From Squalus acanthias (lineage: Eukaryota), in the NCBI GenBank assembly GCA_030390025.1, contig CM059432.1, positions 69,566,001 through 69,630,000 on the forward strand: 64,000 nucleotides of DNA, in the 5' to 3' direction. This document shows positions 37,693 to 47,770 of the stretch, in pieces. Within the stretch, counting starts at the first letter, position 1; each line of letters starts with the position of its first letter. The notes beneath the pieces are model-generated. The model ran no database searches, had not been told where the DNA came from, and saw nothing but the letters and a program-made list of their open reading frames with translations. A program made the position numbers and the translations under genes.

Positions 37693-38123
37693 TTTCAAAT
37701 AAAACTGTTGGACTATAACCTGGTGTTGTGCGACCTCTCAATACTATATACTAACCATAGTTTGTATATTGCACTAAGCTGTGCACTGTAAATGCTCTTC
37801 CGTTTTTCTCATTTTCTTTTCATGCATTCTTTATTGCTTCCTCTTTTCTACTCACTTTTCTTCTCTTTTTATTCTTTTCTTCTCATTTTTACTTTCTTCA
37901 CTTTTCTTCTCATTTTCTTCAATCCTGAGTGTAATTGTTGAAAAGTTAAAGGGCCCAATTTAATCAGCCTAGACAGTTAGAACTGAATCCACAGGCAGCC
38001 GCTGGGCTCAAAGACACTACGTGACTCCTCTTAGCAATGAAATCTATTGACAGAAGTGCATTTTGATTCTTTTCTGATCGTTATGATTTGACTATATTAA
38101 CATAATTTCACTTTGTTTTTAAG

Positions 38124-38227
38124 CTCTTTTTGAAGTTTCTGTCAAAAAGAAAGGCATTCAAGTATTCAGCAGTGTGGTTAACCCAACTCTAGCTCTTGCT
38201 ATTGATCATAATCGAGTCAATGGTTCG
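38124..38227 (+). CDS. RP1: RP1-like gene, exon G
   Basis: tttaag|CT...TCG|gtaaga; (A)LFEVSVKKKGIQVFSSVVNPTLALAIDHNRVNGS; phase 1 to 0. Confidence 0.78.
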
Positions 38228-39557
38228 GTAAGAAAATTCAAGACGTTTAGCCATATTGTATCAGTGATTAGTAAAGCAGAAGACAATAAATTGTAATCCA
38301 ATTTCACATGTTTTGGGAAGGTCATTTAGGGTAGGAAGGCAGAGAAAGCTGAAAGGTCGATAATGAAAGAAATTATCGACCTACGCTTGACTGATTTATT
38401 TGTGTTTTTCGGTCGCATTTTGCGTTGGAACCCCAGCTGTTTTGCAGGCAAAAGTTGTATAACTGTTCTGTCAGAATTCGAGTCAGAACCATTCCTACAG
38501 ACTCTGTAAATATGCAGCTGCCTAAATATTTGCATGTATTCATTAACAACTTGCATTTATATAGCAGCTTTAACATAGAATAACACCCAATGCACTTCAC
38601 ATAGACATAATCAGATGCTAAGCCAAAAAAGGAGATATTAGGAGGGAAGAGGTGGATTTTAATGAGGGTCTTAAAGGAGGAGAGGGACATGGAGAGGTAG
38701 ATGGGCTTAGGTAAGGAATTCCAGAGTGTGGGGCCTATGTAGATAAGAGTATGGTTACCTATGGTGGGACAAGATGGGCGGGGGAGGGGGTGACAAGAGG
38801 CCAGAGTCAGAGGAGTGGAATTTAGGGGCTTGCAGGGGTAGAGGAGGTTACAGAGATAAGTAGGGCAAGGCCATGAAGGAATTTAAACATGAGGATGAAA
38901 ATTTTAAATTGGAGGCATTGTATGTCAGGGTTGATAGGTGAGTAGGATGGTGTGGGATATGATATGGACAGCAGAGTTTTGGATGAGATGAAGTTTATGG
39001 GGGGTTGGGGGGGGGGGGGGGGAGAGTGTTGGAGAATGGGAGGCCAGCCATGAGTGCATTGAAATAGTTGAGTTTTGAGGTGATAAACGTGTAGATGAGG
39101 GTTTCTGCAGCAAATGGGCCGAGTTAGAGGCAGAGGTAGGCAATATGACAGAGGTGGAAGTATGCGGTCTTTGTGATGGAAAGGATATTTGGAAGCTCAG
39201 CTAAGGGGCAAATAGGATGCATAGGTTGTGAACAGTTTAATTCAACTTGAGACAGTGGCTGGGGAATGGATATGTTGCAATTAACAAGGGGATGGAGTTT
39301 GTGGCAGGAAACAAAGTTAATGACTTTGGTCTTCCTAGTGTTTAAATGGAGGAAAATATGGCTCATCCAAGACTGGATGTCTGACAGCACAGAAGCAATG
39401 GATGGGTCGGGAAAGGTGGTGGAGAGATAGAGCTAGGTGTCGTCAGTGTACATGTGGAAGCTGATCCAATATCTACAGATGATGTTGCTAAGGGGTATGT
39501 AGATGAAGAAGAGGTGGGGGCAAAGGATAGGTCCTTGGGGGGATTCCAGAGATAATG

Positions 39558-41712
39558 AGGGGGTGACTAGGTGTGTGGATGAGGGTAACGCAGTGGATGT
39601 GGTATACATGGATTTCAGTAAGGCCTTCGATAAAGTCCTGCACAGGAGACTGGTCAAGAAGGTAAGAGCCCATGGAATCCAGGGTGCCTTGGCACATTGG
39701 ATGCAAAACTGGCTCAGTGGCAGAAGGCAGAGGGTGATGGTCGAAGGTTGTTTTTGTGACTGGAAGCCTGTGGCCAGTGGGGTACCACAGGGATCGGTGC
39801 TGGGTCCCTTGCTGTTTGTGGTCTACATTAACGACTTGGATATGAATGCAAAAGGTATGATCAGTAAGTTCGCGGATGATACAAAAATTGGTAGGGTGGT
39901 AAATAGCGAGGAGGGTAGCCTCAGTCTACAGGACGATATAGATGGGTTAGTCAGATGGGCGGAACTGTGGCAAATGGAATTTAATCCGGAAAAGTGCGAG
40001 GTGATGCACTTTGGAGGGACTAACAAGGCAAGGGAATACACAATGAATGGTAAGACCCTAGGCAAGACGGAGGGTCAGAGGGATCTTGGTGTGCAAGTAC
40101 ACAGATCCCTGAAGGCGGCGGAACAGGTGGATAAGGTGGTAAAAAAGGCATATGGGATACTTGCATTCATTAGCCGAGGCATAGAATATAAGAGCAAGGA
40201 GGTTATGATGGAGCTGTATAAAACACTGGTTAGGCCACATCTGGAATACTGTGTGCAGTTCTGGTCGCCACACTACAGGAAGGATGTGATCGCTTTGGAG
40301 AGGGTGCAGAGGAGATTCACCAGAATGTTACCCGGGCTGGAGTGCTTCAGCTATGAAGAGAGACTGGGCAGATTGGGTTTGTTTTCCTTGGAGCAGAGGA
40401 GGCTGAGGGGGGACATGATTGAGGTGTACAAAATTATGAGGGGCATAGATAGGATGGATACTAAGGAGCTTTTTCCCTTAGTAGAGGGGTCTATAACAAG
40501 GGGGCATAGATTCAAGGTAAAGGGCGGGAGGTTTAGAAGGGATTTGAGAAAGAACTTTTTCACCCAGAGGGTGGTTGGAGTCTGGAACTCACTGCCTGAA
40601 TGGGTTGTGGAGGCAGGAACCCTCACAACATTCAAGAAGCATTTGGATGTGCACTTGAAATGCCATAGCATACAAGGCTACGGACCAAATGCTGGAATAT
40701 GGGATTAGATTAGACAGGGCTTGATGGCTGGTGCGGACACGATGGGCCGAAGGGCCTCTATCCGTGCTGTATAACTCTATGGGGGAAAAATTCAGTTGGT
40801 TGCGCCTCCCGTTAGCGCCTTAAGAGGGCACTAATGGGGCGCAAAGCATCTGGCGCCGGGGCGCAAAGCATCTGGCGCCCAGGTGCGACGAAGTTTGCGC
40901 CGCTCGCGAAATTAACTAGACATTTTGTGGCGGCGCTAAACACTACCGCCACGATCTCCTGCACCGGCAGATCGTGACGTCAGTCGAGTGCGCAACGCCC
41001 CGGTATCGCCCCGGAGCGGGTATTGAGTGGCGCCCCCTGCCTTACCGCCTGACGCTAGCAACGACAGGTTGAGGGGAGCGTTCTGCAGTCATGAAGGGAA
41101 AGGGGGAGCGCTATTTAAAGGTGACCGATTCCTGCCTTTTATTGTTGGTGCCATTTTTGAACTACGCATTCTGAGAGAGAGAGGGAGAGACTTCTGGAGA
41201 GATTCAACGTTGTGTGAAGGAGTTTTGGGTACTGAGCAGCACTTTGCAGGTTCATTTTGATTTGCCATTCCTTGTATCGATTTAGAAGAGACTCTGGGGG
41301 CTGCACTCTGAGCTCTTTGCCTGGTACTCTCCATTGTTCTTTCCAGCAGATTTGATGTGCAGGTCTCTCCAGGCCGAGATTCAAGGCTGCAATGAGCATG
41401 ATGTGGATGGAAAGCAAGATTAACCATCCCCTTTAAGAACTGGCCCGTGCCATTGTGTGTGTGTTCCATTGCTGACTGACATTACATGAGCTTCGCCAGT
41501 GCTCTGAGGTAGCGCCTCGCTCCTCGGCCTTTGCGCCTTAAGACAGGTGTGAAGCGCCTGATTTAGCGCTGCAATCACCTCCAGGGTTGATAAAAGTCAA
41601 GTTTGCAGTCGGTGGCGATAATTAGCGCCAGGCGCTAATCTTTGCGCCCGGCCGATAATTGCGCCCCAAATGGGGCGATACTGAATTTCTCCCCCTATGA
41701 CTCTATGACTCT
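39558..41712 (+). mobile_element. Young 5'-truncated CR1 (intact ORF2 C-terminus to 40708), tail interrupted by a MITE
   Basis: Uninterrupted RT frame; TSD ATAATG at 39552..39557 and 41713..41718; (ACTCTATG)n tail. Confidence 0.93.
40781..41695. mobile_element. Harbinger-type MITE family A, copy 2
   Basis: TIR GGGGGAAAAATTCAG / CTGAATTTCTCCCCC; TSD TAT; sits inside the (ACTCTATG)n tail of a CR1. Confidence 0.9.
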
Positions 41713-43044
41713 ATAATGGTGTGGGGGTGGGAAGAGAAGCCATTGTTGGAGGTGCTCTGGCTGCGATCAGATAGGTAAGAGTGGAACCAAGTGAGGGTAG
41801 CCCCACCGACCTGGACAACAGAGGAGAAACATTGGAGGAGGCTGGTGGGATTTATCATATCAAAATCTGCGGAGTGGTTGAAGAGCATAAGGAGGGATAG
41901 TACACCACTGTTACAGTCAGAGACTGTCATTTGTGACTTTGGTTAGTACTGTTTTGGTGCTGTTGAAAGGGCTTAAACCTGATTAGATAGTTTCAAGCAT
42001 AGAGATGTGGAGGTGACAACGCATTCAAAGACTTGAGAGAAAATGGGGGTTGGAGTTGGGGCAGTAGTTTGCAAGGTCAGAGGGGTTGAGCATGGATTTT
42101 TTGAGGCCGAGTAATGATGGCAATTTTGAAAGAGAGGGGGACAGTACCTGAGGCGAGGAACCATTTACTATGTCAGCTAGGGCTGTTAGGTGGGTCAGTT
42201 TAGTGGAAAAAGGGTCAAGGGAGCAGGAGGTGGGTCTCATGAGCAAGGTGATGTTGGAGGGGGCATGAAGAGAGATAGAGAAACTAGAAAAGACATGGGT
42301 TGAGGGCTGGGCAAGGGGGAGCTTGGGGGGAGGTTTGGTTAGGTGGGCATGGGGAAGGGAAGGAAGCAGCAGAGGCAGCGGAACAGATGGTCTCAAAGAG
42401 GTCCATGATCTCCTCGCAAATGTTGGAGGTGAGGACCGAGAGGGCAGGTGAAAAGTGTTTAAGGAGACTCAGATTAATAATTCATAAGTGCAACCGTAAC
42501 ATTACAAATTTGGAACGTACATTTATTGTGAAAATAGCAATAACAGATTGTATTGATGTGAATTTGATCTGTTTTGCATGTGCAAATTAGGTAAATGCTT
42601 AACTTTGCCCAATAACTCAAAACTTACTAGTCCTATATTTGTGGAATGTAGACAATTATTAATTATGCTGAAAGCATAGATTTGAAGTATGATAATTAAA
42701 TCTCGTGTGCACAAATTAGCTTAATTGCTGATATATTTTCTCCATCTCATAAACTATAAGTCTTATCTTAGGTACTCACCATATTAAAAGGGAGCCAAGT
42801 TAATATACCAAGTTATATTAAATTTAATTTGAGTGTGCAAATTAAACTAAATATAAAATACTTTTAACTGTCTTACCAAAAGTTGCTGCTACTCTAATTT
42901 ATATCAAGACAGAGTGAGAGAGAAAGAGAGTATCATCCATTTTGTATATTCCTGTGCCATATATTGTATAATTTTTAATACTCTATGTTAGAAATGTACT
43001 TCAAGGGTCAAACTATCATACTGATCAAATATGTTGTGCTGCAG

Positions 43045-43221
43045 GAGAAAACTGGACCTCTTTGTGAATTGACGGTTCACCCTAAGACCAATCGCTCTGT
43101 AATACTAGAGTCTGTTCAAATTCCGGGACAGATAATTGCATTCAACTCAGAAGGAAGGCCTGCTAATGCATCATCTAAGGAGTATTCAGAGATTATCAAA
43201 GATTTTGTTGTCCATGTTAAG
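43045..43221 (+). CDS. RP1: RP1-like gene, exon H
   Basis: ctgcag|GAG...AAG|gtactg; EKTGPLCELTVHPKTNRSVILESVQIPGQIIAFNSEGRPANASSKEYSEIIKDFVVHVK; phase 0 to 0. Confidence 0.8.
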
Positions 43222-44500
43222 GTACTGGTAAAAATCAGAAAGTCTTGGTAATGTTATTATTAATATCAAGTATAATGAAGATAGTATGAATAATTAAATA
43301 ATTTCACAACCAGAGGTGGTAGTTTCCTTGAAGTCACAGATGAATTTATCAGCAGTGTCATAAATAGTTTTGTGCAAAAACCTGAATTTTCCTTCAGTGG
43401 TAGAAACACAATTTGATATGCAAATAGTCATTTTACTTTCTAAACAACCACTTTGAATTGCACTAGTAGTTAGAATTTTGAGGTGCGAGAGGCCAGGGGA
43501 GTGTGAAAAGCCAGAAGAATGTGCAGTTTAATGAGAATGATTGTGACATAAATATTGAAATTTTCATTTATATATTTTACTGTGTTTTGAATTTAAATGT
43601 ATTTTAATTTACTTCATTTTAACTGTTCAAAACCAGGCACTGTTTATAGTTGTTTATTTGATGTCTTAATTAAGAACTGTTTTGAGGCACTAATAAGTAA
43701 TTAATAGGCTATAAACGAGGTCTATTTAGCTGTTCTTTGATTAGCAGTTTTTTCTTGTGACAGTTGGGCTATAAAACAGTATAAATTTGAGCTGAGTAGA
43801 GACCGCTCAAACTCAATCTATGATAGGCCGGTGTAGTATGAAAGGCTAGAAGAGTGTGTAGTTTAGCTTCAGCAAGCATTCAGCCTTAGAGGGAGCTCAA
43901 CCTTGAATTGTCATTGGACAGGAATTTTTCCCCCCTAGAATATTTGTGTGAAGTGAGTAGGAGGAATTTAACTCTTGTGAATATGGTTCTAGTGAGAGTT
44001 CAAGCTAACATTATCTATATTTTTAAAGTTAAATACAAGAATATCAGTGGAAGGAACCCTATTGGTGGGCCGTAGAATTCTATGATTCTATCACGGATCC
44101 CCAGTTTATTCAGGGGCAGCACATTTGCATTACGCGTCAGTAAATTGAATCTCTGGAGCGGAGGATCGCTGCTGGAGCAGCAATTTTCCACACTGCAGCA
44201 TTAGTTAGGATGGGCGGTTTCTGTAACATAGGCCGCGATTCTGTTCTTGGAGGCGGGTTGGCGTTGGGAACGGAGCTCGGCGGATTCCGGACCCCCTGCC
44301 GACACCAGCCGGCCTTCTGACACAATTTTGGTTTAATTGGGCTAATTGAGCCCGCCGTGTGGGTTACCCGCACTCATCACAAGATGCGCGTCTGTTCAGC
44401 TGCTCTGCTGGCGCGTGTGCAGCCAGAGTACTGAAGGGGGCCATTCCACAGTTACATCTGAAGTCGTTTATGCTGCTCCTGACTGCTGCTGGTCCTCAAT

Positions 44501-46643
44501 ATGTCTGCAGAGAGACAGAAGGCAGCTCCCCGGTTCAATGAGGAATCCCTGCATGTTCTTGTTGAGGGAGTCAGAGCTCGTCGTGAGGTCCTGTACCCGG
44601 GAGATGGAAGAAGGAAACCTCCTCAGCAGACGAAGGCAGCCTGGCTGTGAATAGCTGGAGAGGTCAGTGCCAGGTCAATGGTAAGATGCACTTGGATTCA
44701 ATGCAGGAAGAGGTTCAATGATCTCCGGCGTACAGGAAAAGTGAGTATAAAAGCACTATTCCCTTAATTCTGCTATGCCTGCCATCACATCCGCATCACT
44801 TTGCATTGTCAACCCTACTCCTGCACATCCTAACTCAACCCAACATCACTTGCACCATCAACCTTCCCTCTCTCCCTATGTACAGAATCACTTTCCCATC
44901 TAACAATGCACCCCTCACACCCACCCTCAAGGTTATGCAATGACAACTAGCAACTCAAAAGGAGGGAACTTGGTAACTCCATCGTAGTCTCCCTCCAAAC
45001 ATCTATCCTATCCATTCTATACACTCATTCCATCACTCTCACTGAAAATCCAATTCTTTCCCTCATTGCAGGAAAAGAGAGCCCACAATAAGAAATGTCT
45101 TTACTCAGAGGGTGGTGAACCTGTGGAATTCTCTACCACAGAAGGCTGTGGAGGCCAAGTCACTGAATATATTTAAGAAGGAGATAGATAGATTTCTAGA
45201 CACAAAAGGCATCAAGGGGTATGGGGAGAGAGCGGGAATATGGTATTGAGATAGAGGATCAGCCATGATCATATTGAATGGCGGAGCAGGCTCGAAGGGC
45301 TGAATGGCCTACGACTGCTCCTATTTTTCTATGTTTCTAAGAGGGAGAGGGGGAGAACAGGAGGAAGACCACCATCCGTGGCGCAGCTGACCAACGCTGA
45401 GGAGGCGGATCTAGACATTGCTGGAGGTCCTGAGGAGCTTGAAGTGAGGGACGGAGAGACGGGCTCAGTCAAGCAACCTGATGACAGAATTATTTTGCAG
45501 ACATCTGATTTGGCATTCATGAGTGACAAATATGGGATCTGATGTTCATATTAATGTAGTCATGATCATGTGCACAATGTGTCTGCAATCTACATATCAC
45601 ATGTGTAACTCATGTCGTTACTCTCCCACAGGACCAGCAAGAGCCCCCCTCCCTACTGTCCAGGAAGAAGAGCAGGAGGACTCCTCAGAGGAACCTCCAT
45701 CCTCTGAGGGAGCAGCATTAGCAGAAATGAGTGCACCCAGCACCAGCGCAGAGACGCACACCTCGGTGGGTAGTTTGCGACATAGAGTAGTATTGTCACC
45801 TGGCGTTTCACATCTCACAAGTGAGCAAGAGCAGATGGTGGAGACAGGGACAGCAGTGGAGAGTCCTCGTCGGAGGCCGCAGGATGCTCCTAGCTCTGCT
45901 CAGCTGCATGTAGATGCTGAGCCTCTGGGGCCATCCAGAAAGAGAGCGGTGCTGGACCTTCAGGAACAAGTGCAGGAGGCTCTGACTGGCTTTGCAAGCA
46001 CAGTGACTGCAAGTGTGCAGAGAATGGAGGAGTCCATCTCAAACATGAGCAATGCCATGGCGCACGCAATGGCGAATGTGGGTTCTGCAATGGAAAGGAT
46101 GGCAACCTCCATGGAGGACATCATTCACCAGAATCAAAACAACCTGGTGACTCTTCCAGATAGATTGTCCACTATGGAGCATAGAAGGGCATCTATTGTG
46201 GAGAGGAACCAGAGGTACATGGATGTCCCCGTTATGAGGACTGTCAGTACAGAGACGGGTCCACATGGCCCCACTGATGTGCAGCAAGGTGCTCTCCAGC
46301 TACTTGCTAGCAGAGAAGTGCGAGTGCCCCATGAGAGGGATGATGGTGGGAGGGGACATGCAAGTGACGGCTCCTCTCCAAGCGCTCAAACTTCCATCCC
46401 CTTGCCAACCGTCGGTCAGAGCCCCAGATGAGCACCCAAGCAGTGATGGCCGAGTCTGCCTCTGTGCAGCCGCAGGAGGAGCAGACTTTGGCGGGGCCTT
46501 CACATGCTCCAAAACGCAGAGGACGACCGCCAAAGGTGTCTAAACAGGCACAGCGGGGAAGTAAGCAGACTGTCTCTACATCTGCTGAAGTCACAGGGGG
46601 AGCACAACATAGAAGCATGCGTAAGAGAAAGATGACACATTAA
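44501..46643 (+). pseudogene. Myb/SANT DNA-binding protein gene of the Harbinger element
   Basis: Exon 1 44501..44740 MSAERQKAAPRFNEESLHVLVEGV...AWL*IA...TWIQCRKRFNDL|gtgagt; exon 2 from 45072 (EKRAHNK.RER.RTGG); exon 3 from 45631; C-terminal KRRGRPPK after a frameshift. Confidence 0.85.
45094..45337 (+). mobile_element. Short CR1 3' end inserted in Myb/SANT exon 2
   Basis: Matches the reverse complement of 10670..10890; TSD TAAGA (45089..45093 and 45338..45342). Confidence 0.88.
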
Positions 46644-47284
46644 TAAACACAAGGGTTCTCACTTGGGTGTTCTGATAGATTTAATTGTGAAGTTTCTGTT
46701 CTTTTCTTATGTTGGAATAAATCTATGTTGAATGAAGGTTTGCCATCATTGCCATTTGTGTGCTGACAATTTGAGGTGGCACAGTGAAGGGTAAGTGCGC
46801 CTTTAAAATCCAGCAATGCAGGTGACCGTGGATATAGAATGAACACCACATACTTGCAGCCTAAACACAGAATGTGTCTACCAAATTGTTCAATTACCAA
46901 CCTCTGACATTTGAAACTGACCAGATTTGAGAGTGCAGCTTTTAGACTGCAGTTGCAGCTGTGAAGTTTCCAGCTCATTGATGTTCCCGACACACTTACC
47001 TGGCGTGTTCTCCAAAAAAGTAGGAAAATTGAAAAATTGTGTCAAAATAGCTTTAAAAAAGCACTTAACAAGCAGTTAAGTGCCTTTAATCCCCTACCCG
47101 CCACTTGGTGTGGGGTCTGTTTTTAAATCGCAGACCCGACACTTGGGAAAGTGGCGTGGAGGCGGGTTCGCAGCGGGTTTGGAACCTGCCATCAATCATT
47201 TCGGATTTAACCCCTGACCCGCCTCCAAACCCGCTCTCTGAGCGCCGGCAGAATCGCGGCCATAGACTCCAGAATGCAGTCATG

Positions 47285-47770
47285 CAAGAAGTATAAAGAT
47301 TTAGCATAACATCCTTGCTTTTGTACTCTATTCCTCTATTTATAAAGCCAAGGATTCCATATGCTTTTTTAATAGCCTTCTCAACTTGGCTTGCCACCTT
47401 CAAAGATTTGTGTACAGCCCCCCAGGTCTTTTGTTCCTGCACCCCTTTAAAATTGTACCATTTAGTTTATATTGCCTCTCCTCATTCTTCCTTCCAAAAT
47501 GCATCACTTCACACTGCTCTGCGTTACATTGCATCTAGTATGTGTCTGCCCATTTTACTATGTCCTCCTGAAGTCTGTTGCTATCCTCATTGTTTACTAT
47601 ATTTCGGAGTTTCGTGCAAGCTTTGAAATTATGACCTGTATACCCAAGTCCAGGTCATTAATATATATCAAATGAGCAGTGGTCCGAATACCAATCCCTG
47701 GGGAACATCACTGTGCACTTCTTTCCAGACTGAAAAACAACCGTTCACCACAAATCTCTGCTTTCTGTCA
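47285..47770 (-). mobile_element. CR1 RT fragment
   Basis: VHKSLKVASQVEKAIKKAYGILGFINRGIEYKSK. Confidence 0.75.

Larger units (their letters stand above)
35401..37742 (-). mobile_element. Penelope-like retroelement, 5'-truncated with a full inverted duplication (2.3-kb palindrome)
   Basis: Arms 35443..36588 and 36597..37742 are reverse complements with an 8-nt spacer; unpaired tail 35401..35442; direct repeat ATACTATATACTA at 35388..35400 and 37741..37753; GIY-YIG ORF in both arms. Confidence 0.95.
38545..42460 (-). mobile_element. Degenerate L2 LINE split by a CR1 insertion
   Basis: PQGPIL.P.LF.IY, FHMY.DDT, LSDIQSWMS..FL.LN..KT, LTWFHSYLSDRSQ on either side of 39558..41712. Confidence 0.75.
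44231..47261 (+). mobile_element. Non-autonomous Harbinger element carrying a three-exon Myb/SANT + AT-hook gene
   Basis: Perfect 13-bp TIR GGCCGCGATTCTG; TSD ATA; no transposase motifs seen inside. Confidence 0.9.
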
